A stretch of DNA of 32,000 nt, taken from positions 1,170,001 through 1,202,000 of the forward strand of contig NZ_CP066019.1 of assembly GCF_016127575.1 (NCBI RefSeq). Reading direction: 5' to 3'. The notes under the pieces were generated by a model. The model made no database searches and was not told the origin of the DNA. It saw nothing but the letters and a program-made list of their open reading frames with translations. Numbering within the stretch: the first letter of the stretch is position 1; every line of letters starts with the position of its first letter. The stretch comes from Cupriavidus necator. GTDB taxonomy: Bacteria; Pseudomonadota; Gammaproteobacteria; Burkholderiales; Burkholderiaceae. This document shows positions 8,534 to 16,169 of this stretch, piece by piece. Position numbers and translations under genes: made by a program.

Positions 8534-10111
8534 CTACAGCATCGACTCGATCGGCAGGATCGACAGGAACCAGATGCCAAGCCGGCGCCACCAGCTGGTG
8601 TTCGGCTCGGTGTCGTGGCGGATGACTTCGTCGTCGCGCCGTTCCAGCCAGTACAGCTTGCCGGTTTCATCGAGCTTGACCTGGTAGGCCGCGCGCGGCA
8701 CCACGCTGGCGAAGGTGGATTCGATCCGGCCGGCCAGATCCGGGCTGTCGATGACGAAGCCCAGTTCGGTGTTGATCGTGGCCGAGCGCGGGTCGAAATT
8801 GAACGAGCCCACGAAGACCCGGGTGCCGTCGACGGCAAAGGTCTTGGCGTGCAGGCTGGAGCCCGAGCTGCCAAAGGGGCCGGCGCGCTCTTCCTTCTTG
8901 CCGGGCGCGGCCGAGCGGCGCAGTTCATACAGGTCCACGCCAGCTTCCAGCAGTGCCTTGCGCCGCTTGGCATAGCCCGAATGCACGGCGGCCACGTCGG
9001 TGGCTTCCAGCGCATTGGTCAGCACGCGCACCGCCACGCCGCGCCTGGCCATGTCGGCAAAATAGGACGTGCCGCCCGTCGATGGCACGAAGTAGGGCGA
9101 GACCAGGTCAAGCTCGCGCTGCGGGTCGCCCAGGATTTCACGCAGCTGGTGCGCCACCAGGGTGTCGCGCGATGCCTCGCCGAGAGCCTTGGCCGGGTTG
9201 TCGCTGACCATGCGCGTTCTTGCCCACTGGAACCGCAGCGTGCCGTCCAGCATCCGCTGCACGTCAGGCAGGTCGCGCACCGCGGCCAGGTAGGCGGCGG
9301 CAGCGGGGTTCTGCTCGACTGCGCGGGCATTGCTGACCAGCGCCTGCAGCCGTTCGACGCTGACCGGCGGCACCAGCCGGTCCACCGGGTAGGCCGACGC
9401 ACTGGACCAGTAGCGGTCGAAATCGTGCGCCACGTCGCCGGCCGCGGGCCCGATGGCGATCACGTCGAGGTCGGCAAACAGCACGCCATCGGTGGCGCCG
9501 AAGTATTCGTCGCCGACATTGCGCCCGCCGATGATGGTGGCGACGCCGTCGGCGGTGAAGGACTTGTTGTGCATGCGCCGGTTCAGGCGCCGGAAATCAG
9601 TCAGGAAATTGAGCGCCTTGGGGTGGCGGATCACGAACGGGTTGAATATCCGCACCTCGACCTGCGGATGCGCGTCCATGGCCGCCAGCCATTCGTCCAT
9701 GCCGGCGATGCCGTTGTCGTCAAGCAGCAGGCGCACGCGCACGCCGCGGTCGGCGGCTTCATGCAACGTTTCCAGCAGCAGGGTGCCGGTCAGGTCGTCG
9801 CGCCAGATGTAGTACTGGACGTCTAGCGTGCGCTGCGCGGTGCGCGCCAGATGCACGCGCGCGGCAAAGGCAGCGTAGGCATTCTCGAGCGGATGGATGC
9901 CGCTCAGGCCCGGATGGCGCGCCACTTCGCCGGCCACCGCCTGGCCCAGCGGAGTGGCCTGGGATTCGGCGGGCGTCAGCGCAAAGGATTCGGTGCGGGG
10001 ATCCAGCGGCGGCAAGGCGCAGCCGCCGAGCAGGGCGGCACAGCACAGCAGCAGCGAATTGGCACGCAGGCGGCGGTGGGGGGCGAACGCGGCGTCTGTC
10101 GGCGATGGCAT
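8534..10111 (-). CDS. Phospholipase D / cardiolipin-synthase-like family lipoprotein
   Basis: Two HKD motifs are present: HNKSFTADG and HAKTFAVDGTRVFVGSFNFDPRS. The N-terminus has a lipobox-like signal, LLCCAALLGGCALPP. Confidence 0.9.
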   Translation of the reverse strand: MPSPTDAAFAPHRRLRANSLLLCCAALLGGCALPPLDPRTESFALTPAESQATPLGQAVAGEVARHPGLSGIHPLENAYAAFAARVHLARTAQRTLDVQYYIWRDDLTGTLLLETLHEAADRGVRVRLLLDDNGIAGMDEWLAAMDAHPQVEVRIFNPFVIRHPKALNFLTDFRRLNRRMHNKSFTADGVATIIGGRNVGDEYFGATDGVLFADLDVIAIGPAAGDVAHDFDRYWSSASAYPVDRLVPPVSVERLQALVSNARAVEQNPAAAAYLAAVRDLPDVQRMLDGTLRFQWARTRMVSDNPAKALGEASRDTLVAHQLREILGDPQRELDLVSPYFVPSTGGTSYFADMARRGVAVRVLTNALEATDVAAVHSGYAKRRKALLEAGVDLYELRRSAAPGKKEERAGPFGSSGSSLHAKTFAVDGTRVFVGSFNFDPRSATINTELGFVIDSPDLAGRIESTFASVVPRAAYQVKLDETGKLYWLERRDDEVIRHDTEPNTSWWRRLGIWFLSILPIESML

Positions 10112-10285
10112 GGCGGGTCCTGTCGGGCCCCTCGCGGGGTCCGATCGTTACGGCAATGCCGCCACGTTGCCATGCCGCGCGGGCCGCGGGCTTAATTACG
10201 CACCGGGAGCGGGAAGTGGTGGCGCGCCACGGGGCTCCGGCGCATCGCTCAGGCCAGGGACGATATAGAGACGGGCGTGCTCTCC

Positions 10286-11326
10286 TTACGCCTTGAGGCG
10301 GCGGTCCGATGGCGCTGGCAGGAACTGGTCAGTCCAGATGTCCGCCACCGTCAGCGGCGCCTTGATGCCGAAGGCGCCGACGGTTTCATCCAGCGTTGCC
10401 TGCAGCCGTGCCGGCGTGGCCGCGCCCCAGCCGTCGCGCCGGGTGTCGGGCGTCTTCATGGTGCCGTCGACGATCAGGCGCAGGCGCTCAGTCTCCAGCG
10501 CCTGGTCGGCCAGCGGCTCGCGCGCCTTGACCGCGGCACCGCCCGCGGCGGGATTGGCAATGGCGTCGAGCCAGCCGCGGGTAGAGGCCTTGACGAAGGC
10601 CTTCATCACCTCCGGATCGGATGTCATGCTCTTGCGGTTGGCCACCAGCCCGTTGCCGTAGGACTTCATGCCGTAGTCCGAGAAGCGGAACACGGTGATC
10701 CTCTCTGGCCCCATGCCGCGCGCCTTCAGGTTCACCAGGCCGGTGAAGAAGAAGTAGGCGGCGGCATCGAAGTCGCCCTTGACGAAGCGCGTGTCGCCGA
10801 TATCGGGCGTGACGCTCTCCCACTTCACGCCGCCGGGGTCGAAACCCTGTGCCCTGGCGAAGACCGGGAACAGCTTGCGCGAGGCATTGAACGGCTGGCC
10901 CAGGATGGACTTGCCGGCCAGGTCCGCTGGCCTGACGATGCCGCTGCCCTTGCGCACCAGGATCGCGTTCGGATTCAGGTCATACTGGATGGCCACCGCC
11001 TTGAGCGCGGCGGACGGATTGGTGGTGTTGAATTCGATCATCGCCGCGAGGTCGGCCGAGGCGCAGTCATAGGCGCCGCCCGCGACCAGGCTGATGGCCG
11101 AGGCCGAGCCGTTGCCGGTATCGATGGTGACGTCCAGCCCGGCGTCCTTGTAGTAGCCGCGCTGGTGCGCCAGCAGGAACCCCGCGCCCGAGGCTTCCAC
11201 CTTCCAGCCGAGATTGAACTTGAACTTCTGCAGCGAGCCCGCCGCGCGGACATGGGGCACCGCGAACGGGGCGGCGGCAAGCAGGGCGGTGGCGCCAGTG
11301 GCGCGCAGGAAGGAACGGCGACGCAT
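10286..11326 (-). CDS. ABC-type substrate-binding protein, NMT1/THI5-like (nitrate/sulfonate/bicarbonate family), Tat signal
   Basis: Start at cat 11324-11326, with ggaga upstream. Twin-arginine signal MRRRSFLRATGATALLAAAPFA. The mature part reads FKFNLGWKVEASGAGFLLAHQRGYYKDAGLDVTIDTGNGSASAISLVAGGAYD, typical of this binding-protein fold. No permease or ATPase gene is adjacent. Confidence 0.85.
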   Translation of the reverse strand: MRRRSFLRATGATALLAAAPFAVPHVRAAGSLQKFKFNLGWKVEASGAGFLLAHQRGYYKDAGLDVTIDTGNGSASAISLVAGGAYDCASADLAAMIEFNTTNPSAALKAVAIQYDLNPNAILVRKGSGIVRPADLAGKSILGQPFNASRKLFPVFARAQGFDPGGVKWESVTPDIGDTRFVKGDFDAAAYFFFTGLVNLKARGMGPERITVFRFSDYGMKSYGNGLVANRKSMTSDPEVMKAFVKASTRGWLDAIANPAAGGAAVKAREPLADQALETERLRLIVDGTMKTPDTRRDGWGAATPARLQATLDETVGAFGIKAPLTVADIWTDQFLPAPSDRRLKA

Positions 11327-11498
11327 GTCTTTCTCCGGAACGAATGTCACTGGACGATGCGTGCGCGGGCCGGTGGCGCGGGTGCGGAAGGAGAGCGTGG
11401 CCTCCCAGGACGCCGGCACCACGCCGCGCCGGCATGCGGCCAGGGCATGCGCGGGGACCGTGCACATCATCGGGAGCAATTTCCGGGCGGCGTGCCGC

Positions 11499-11681
11499 TG
11501 AACGCTTCTACTCCGCTGCGGTTTCAGCAGGATCCGTGCCGGGCGCTGCGCGGCGCCATGCACCAAGCCGTTGCCCGGCATGCGCCATCACGGCGCAAGC
11601 CCCGGCGCAATCGCTGCGATCCCGGTGCAAAAACCCCTGGCCCGGAACCTGCATAACCTCGGGCAAGAGTAGAAGCGTTCA
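11499..11681. repeat. 183-bp segment bounded by perfect 15-bp inverted repeats inside a 543-bp non-coding region
   Basis: TGAACGCTTCTACTC (11499-11513) is the exact reverse complement of GAGTAGAAGCGTTCA (11667-11681). An internal 8-bp pair is TGCCGGGC / GCCCGGCA. No credible ORF lies in 11327-11869. Confidence 0.5.
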
Positions 11682-11869
11682 CCATCCGCGCGGCGCGTCG
11701 CAGACGCACGCCGGATGGCCGGGAATTGCTCTTGAAGTCCGTGCCTCTCGCCATCGCGCAGGCTGGCACAGGCGACCTCAGGAGCGCGTTGTCCCGGCGT
11801 GCGTTGCCATGGTGGTCTGCCTGTGCCGGCGAGGGGCCAATCCCTGACCCGCTTTGCACAAGGAACACC

Positions 11870-12868
11870 ATGAGCCAACCAGACACCGCCTACGCCCTGG
11901 CCGAACTCCACCGCGAATCGCGCATGGGCGCGTTCGGTTCGGAAACCCGCCAGCGCGAGATCCGCCGCATCGACCTGTCCGACTACGCGCGGCGCAAGGC
12001 GCAGATCGCCGACGAACTGTGGCAGGCATCGGTCGACGTCGGCTTCTTCCAGATCGCCAACCACGGCATCGACCTGACCAGCGTGCGCGAAGCCTTTGCC
12101 ATGACCGAGCGCTTCTTCGCGCTGCCTGACGCCGTCAAGGCGCAATACCCGCTGCAGAAGGCCAACAACGCCGGCTGGGAAAGCCGCGCGCAGGTGCGCC
12201 CCTCGACCGGCACCCCGGACCAGAAGGAGTCCTACCAGATCACGCGCCCGCACATGGCCGGGCTGTGGCCCGGCGATGACGAACTGGAAGGCTTTCGCGC
12301 CACCATGCTTGCCTTCGAGGCGCAATGCTGGGAGGTGGGCATGAAGGTGCTGTCATGCTTCGCCGGCAAGCTCGGCTTTGCCAGCGACTTCTTCACGCAG
12401 GCGCACGATCCGCGGGCGCCGGACTACCAGAGCACGCTGCGGCTGCTGCACTACTACGCGATCCCGCCCGAACTGCGCGACAAGCTGGAGCTCTGGCGCG
12501 CCGGCGCGCATACGGATTTCGATTGCCTGACGCTGCTGTTCCAGCGCCCCGGCCAGGGCGGGCTGCAGGTCTGCCCCGGCAAGGAGATGGAGGCGCAGGC
12601 ATGGACCCCGATCGAGCCGGACGAGGAAGTCATCACCTGCAATATTGGCGACATGCTGATGCGCTGGAGCGACGACCGGCTGCCGTCGAACTTCCACCGC
12701 GTGCGCAATCCCGCGCCGGATGAATACATGGGCCCGCGCTACAGCATGGCGTTCTTCTGCCAGGCCAACCGAGGTGCGATGATCGAAGGGCCGGGTGGCA
12801 AGTATCCGCCGATCAGCGCGGGGGACTACCTGCGGCAGCGGGTGAATGCGAATTTCAAGGGGTATTGA
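11870..12868 (+). CDS. 2-oxoglutarate/Fe(II)-dependent oxygenase (isopenicillin N synthase-like family)
   Basis: RBS aaggaa at 11860-11865 precedes ATG 11870. N-terminal DIOX_N-like block VGFFQIANHGID. Facial-triad context GAHTDFDCLTLLFQ ... NFHRVRNP. Confidence 0.85.
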   Translation: MSQPDTAYALAELHRESRMGAFGSETRQREIRRIDLSDYARRKAQIADELWQASVDVGFFQIANHGIDLTSVREAFAMTERFFALPDAVKAQYPLQKANNAGWESRAQVRPSTGTPDQKESYQITRPHMAGLWPGDDELEGFRATMLAFEAQCWEVGMKVLSCFAGKLGFASDFFTQAHDPRAPDYQSTLRLLHYYAIPPELRDKLELWRAGAHTDFDCLTLLFQRPGQGGLQVCPGKEMEAQAWTPIEPDEEVITCNIGDMLMRWSDDRLPSNFHRVRNPAPDEYMGPRYSMAFFCQANRGAMIEGPGGKYPPISAGDYLRQRVNANFKGY

Positions 12869-12898
12869 GGCGCGGAAGAATTTCCATGCCGACGGTCT

Positions 12899-12930
12899 GC
12901 TCCCCCTCTCCCGCTTGCGGGAGAGGGAGT
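12899..12930. repeat. REP-like GC-rich hairpin repeat, copy 1
   Basis: GCTCCCCCTCTCCC-GCTTGC-GGGAGAGGGAGT. The 9-bp core stem is CCCTCTCCC / GGGAGAGGG, with outer pairs. It starts 31 nt after the oxygenase stop. It has the same core as the copy at 17431-17463. Confidence 0.65.
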
Positions 12931-12971
12931 CCACCCGCAGTCGCTGGACGCGCCGGTAGTGAGCCTACGAC

Positions 12972-13544
12972 TTACGAAGCCGCGACAACCCCGCAAGCAA
13001 TCCGCCCGCCCGCATTACCGGTCGGCTGCGTCTTGTAGTCGTCCGGATCCTTGTGTACCACCACCGCGCGGCCGATCACCCCGTTGGCGCCCGTGCCAAC
13101 GGTCAGGTCCGGCAGCAGCATGCTGACGCGAACGTTGCCGCTGGCGTCCGCGGTGACGTTGTTCATGTCGCCGGCATGGTGGTCGGGCATGGTCATCTGG
13201 CCGTGGGGCTTGCCGGTCGGGTTGAAGTGGCCGCCCGCGCTCATCGCGTCAGGCGCGGAGCAGTCGCCCTTCTCATGGACGTGGAAGCCGTGCACGGAGT
13301 TGGGCGGCAGGCCGGTGATCGCCGCAGTCATCATCACGCCGCCGGGCTGCTGCTGGAAGGTCACGGTGCCGCCAGTATTGCTGCCGCTCTTGGGCTGGAG
13401 CGTGGCCGCCGCCCTGGCGCTGCTGCTGGCGCTGGTGCCGGACGCGCTGGCCGCAGACGAGGAGCTCATGCCGGAGCCGGCGCAGCCGGCCAGTGCAATG
13501 GTCGCGGCGATGCAGGCCGCCAGGGGGGGAAGCACTTGTTTCAT
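12972..13544 (-). CDS. sodC: Cu/Zn superoxide dismutase, lipoprotein form
   Basis: RBS gaggag lies upstream of cat 13542-13544. Lipobox LAGCAGS is followed by a Ser/Ala-rich linker. SodC blocks: HGFHVHEKGDC, GGHFNP, GDMNNV and AVVVHKDPDDYKTQPTGNAGGRIACGVV. Confidence 0.92.
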   Translation of the reverse strand: MKQVLPPLAACIAATIALAGCAGSGMSSSSAASASGTSASSSARAAATLQPKSGSNTGGTVTFQQQPGGVMMTAAITGLPPNSVHGFHVHEKGDCSAPDAMSAGGHFNPTGKPHGQMTMPDHHAGDMNNVTADASGNVRVSMLLPDLTVGTGANGVIGRAVVVHKDPDDYKTQPTGNAGGRIACGVVAAS

Positions 13545-13646
13545 CGGACTCCTCTTCTTGTCATGATTTCGGAAGAAACAGTATAGGCTGGCCGGCGCCA
13601 GGCCGATTTCCGGTTTTGTCCTACATGCCGCACTAGACTGAGTGCA

Positions 13647-13684
13647 CTAGTGTCCTGTTCCGTAGATACGGAACAGGACACTAG
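13647..13684. repeat. Perfect 18-bp inverted repeat with a 2-nt spacer; candidate lysR terminator or operator upstream of sodC
   Basis: CTAGTGTCCTGTTCCGTA (13647-13664), ga, then TACGGAACAGGACACTAG (13667-13684). It lies 13 nt downstream of the lysR stop (13697-13699, minus strand) and about 100 nt upstream of the sodC start. No U-tract on either strand. CACTAG also recurs at 13631-13636 and 13645-13650. Confidence 0.8.
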
Positions 13685-13696
13685 CCAATCACGCCA

Positions 13697-14632
13697 TCAG
13701 GCTGCGGCTGCCAGCCGCTGCTGTGCCGCACCAAAGTGCGGGTGGCGCGAGAACAGGTCCGCTGCCCAGTTGACGAACACCCGCACCTTGGCCGACAGGT
13801 GCCGGTTCTGCGGATACATCGCCGAGATCGGCAGTTCTTCGGTCTGCCAGTCGGTCATGACCTCCACCAGCCGGCCGCTGGCCACATAGGGCTCGGCCAT
13901 GGCGCGCGAGACCCGTGCCACGCCGTGGCCTTCCAGGGCGCAGCCCATGTAGACATCGGCATCGTTGGTGGAAATGGCCGACGGCAGCAGCACCTCGCTG
14001 CGCTCCATGCCGCGCGCCATGGGCCACGGCATCTCACGGCCGGTGCGGTTGGACAGGAAATTGACCGCCTTGTGCTGGGCCAGTTCGGCCAGGTCGTGCG
14101 GGGTGCCGAAGCGGTTCAGGTAGATCGGCGAGGCGTAGAACGCCAGTTGTACATGGCCGATGCGGCGGGCCACCATGGATTCCTCGACCGGCGTGCCCAC
14201 GCGCAGCACCACGTCCACGCCTTCCTGCAGCAGGTCGATCGGCTTGCCGTTGATGGTCAGGTCCAGCTTCAGGTCCGGGTAGGCCTGGAAGAATTCGTGC
14301 AGGTGGGGCACCAGCACCAGCTGCGCCAGCCCCGCGGTGGTGTCCACCGACAGCGTGCCGCGTGGCGAGTTGTTCTGCCGCGTCAGCGACTGCTCGGCTT
14401 CCTCGACATCGGCCAGGATGCGCACGCACCGTTCGTAATAGGCCGCGCCGTCGTTGGTCACGCTGATGCGGCGCGTGGTCCGGTGCAGCAGCTTGACGCC
14501 CAGGTGGGTTTCCAGGTTCTGGATCAGGCGGGTCAGCGTGGCCTTGGGCAAGTCCATCGATTCCGCGGCGCGCGCAAAGCTGCCGACGTCCACGACCCGG
14601 GTGAATGCCTGCATTGATACGAGACGGTCCAT
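13697..14632 (-). CDS. LysR-family transcriptional regulator (MexT/BpeT/CeoR-like by position)
   Basis: Start at MDRLVSMQAFTRVVDVGSFARAAESMDLPKATLTRLIQNLETHLGVKLLHRTTRRISVTNDG, a canonical LTTR HTH (cat 14630-14632). It is divergent from the llpE-like/RND operon. The longer track ORF up to 14770 adds a non-homologous extension. Confidence 0.9.
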   Translation of the reverse strand: MDRLVSMQAFTRVVDVGSFARAAESMDLPKATLTRLIQNLETHLGVKLLHRTTRRISVTNDGAAYYERCVRILADVEEAEQSLTRQNNSPRGTLSVDTTAGLAQLVLVPHLHEFFQAYPDLKLDLTINGKPIDLLQEGVDVVLRVGTPVEESMVARRIGHVQLAFYASPIYLNRFGTPHDLAELAQHKAVNFLSNRTGREMPWPMARGMERSEVLLPSAISTNDADVYMGCALEGHGVARVSRAMAEPYVASGRLVEVMTDWQTEELPISAMYPQNRHLSAKVRVFVNWAADLFSRHPHFGAAQQRLAAAA

Positions 14633-15020
14633 GATGAGGTTCCGACGATAGATCCGAACGGCGTGCCGCGCGCGCTCGTGACGCACGTGGCCATGCTGGT
14701 TGTTGTTGTGGGGAGTCTGCCGGCTGGCTGGTACAGGGACTGCGCGCTGGCTGGGCGCGGGTTCCGGCATGGATTTCTGATCGGGCGCGCACCGGCCTGG
14801 CAGACCGCCGCGCGTGCCGAGAGCCGCAGTGAATCACAAAATCCAAGACCTTGTCATGCGTGGGGATATGCGGTTTCAGTGGCATGACGGGGCGGTTTGC
14901 GATTATTCCAATCCCGGAACAGTGCATTGGCGATCTCTCGCTTTATCCCATCCTCGTCAATCACCATAATCCGTTGCATCGCAACACTCAAGCGCATTGT
15001 TTCCGCCGTGCGCCAACGCC

Positions 15021-15986
15021 ATGTCCGAGAAGCCAGGCCAACGCCCTGATGCAGCCAGCGCCGCCTCTGCCCCCACGGCAGCCGGGCAGGGGCAGGTGCG
15101 CGTGGCCGAGCATACGGTGACCAGTGACGGGCGCGAGATCCTGGTTCGGGTGTGCTACCCGGCGGGCTATCCGGCGCCGGGCGCCGAGGGCGCCGCGCTG
15201 CTGCCCTGGCTGGTGTACCTGCATGCCGGCGGCTTCGTCGAAGGCGGCCTGGAACACGCATGCCATCTGGTGCAGGACCTGGCCACCACGGTGCCGGCGG
15301 TGGTGGTAACGCCGGCGTATTCGCTGGCGCCGGACCATCCGTTCCCGGCGGCGCCGGAGGACGCGCACAGCACGGTGCAGTGGGTGCTGCGCAATGCCCG
15401 GCGGCTGAAGCTGGACAAGATCCGCTTTGCGCTGGTGGGCGAGGAGGCCGGGGGCAACCTGGCGATCGCGCTGGCGCAGATGCTGCGCGACCGCGGCACC
15501 GCGCAACCGCGCGGGCAATGGCTGATCCGCCCGGTGACGGACCCGTGCCTGCAGCATGCGTCCTGCGCGGGGTTCGACGGCGGGCAGGTGCCGATGGACA
15601 CCCTGCGGCGCCTGGCCGACAACTATCGCGATTACCTGCCGACGCCGGCGGATACGGTGCATCCGTATGCCGCCCCGGCGCTGGCCTCGCGCCTGGCCGG
15701 GCTGCCGCCCACGCTGGTCCAGGTGGCTGAATACGACGCGCTGCGTGCCGAAGGCGAAGCCTTCGCCGGGCGCCTGGCCAAGGCCGGTGTGCCGGCCCAG
15801 GCCATGATCATGCCCGGCGCCTGCGGCGACGGCGTGGAAGAGGCCCATGACAGCTGTCAGGCATGGGTCGACGAAGGTGCGCGGTTCCTGCGGCGATGTC
15901 TGGCCGCGGCCGACGATACCTCATCCCTGACTGAACGCCGCGCTGACGCCAACGCCAGCCGGCCTGGAGCCAAGCCCGCCGGCTGA
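15021..15986 (+). CDS. Alpha/beta-hydrolase fold-3 (HSL/LlpE-like) protein lacking the canonical nucleophile serine
   Basis: Family blocks: LVYLHAGGFVEG (HGGG-type), PAYSLAPDHPFPAAPEDA, FALVGEEAGGNLAIA (the position of GDSAGG) and VAEYDALRAEG. ATG at 15021. It is the first gene downstream of the divergent LysR and upstream of the pump genes. Confidence 0.8.
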   Translation: MSEKPGQRPDAASAASAPTAAGQGQVRVAEHTVTSDGREILVRVCYPAGYPAPGAEGAALLPWLVYLHAGGFVEGGLEHACHLVQDLATTVPAVVVTPAYSLAPDHPFPAAPEDAHSTVQWVLRNARRLKLDKIRFALVGEEAGGNLAIALAQMLRDRGTAQPRGQWLIRPVTDPCLQHASCAGFDGGQVPMDTLRRLADNYRDYLPTPADTVHPYAAPALASRLAGLPPTLVQVAEYDALRAEGEAFAGRLAKAGVPAQAMIMPGACGDGVEEAHDSCQAWVDEGARFLRRCLAAADDTSSLTERRADANASRPGAKPAG

Positions 15987-16169
15987 GCCGCTCCAGACAA
16001 CCGCCAGCCGGCTCTGTTTCGGCCAGAGCCAGGACCGCCGCGACACGCAAGCGGTCCTAAGTCCGACCATCAGTTTGGCCATGGTTCCGGTCCGCCCACG
16101 CGGACCGGCAGGCGGCGTTCGGCCATTTGCTTTTCCGGTTGAAGAAAACCCGATCCAGGAGTTTGAGAA

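Noticed and set aside
11327-11520. Possible riboswitch (TPP or guanidine-I/ykkC) in the leader of the NMT1/THI5-like binding-protein gene.
   Set aside because: Reading the minus strand, I found neither the CUGAGA / ACCUGAUCUGGAUAAUGCCAGCG-type TPP core nor the GGUCCGAGAG / ACGGCGGGA-type ykkC core. An Infernal scan would be needed to exclude it formally.
11764-11778. TGGCAC hexamer that could be a sigma-54 -24 element upstream of the oxygenase gene.
   Set aside because: The position 5 nt downstream reads ACCT rather than TTGC, so the -12 element is missing. No enhancer-binding protein gene is nearby.
14633-15020. MexT-type nod box (ATCA-N5-GTCGAT-N4-ACYAT) or LTTR T-N11-A box in the lysR / llpE-like divergent region.
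   Set aside because: Only weak partial matches were found: ATCACCATAATCCGT near 14958, and the TTCCAATCCCGGAA dyad at 14906-14919, which has the wrong spacing. This is not enough to call a site.
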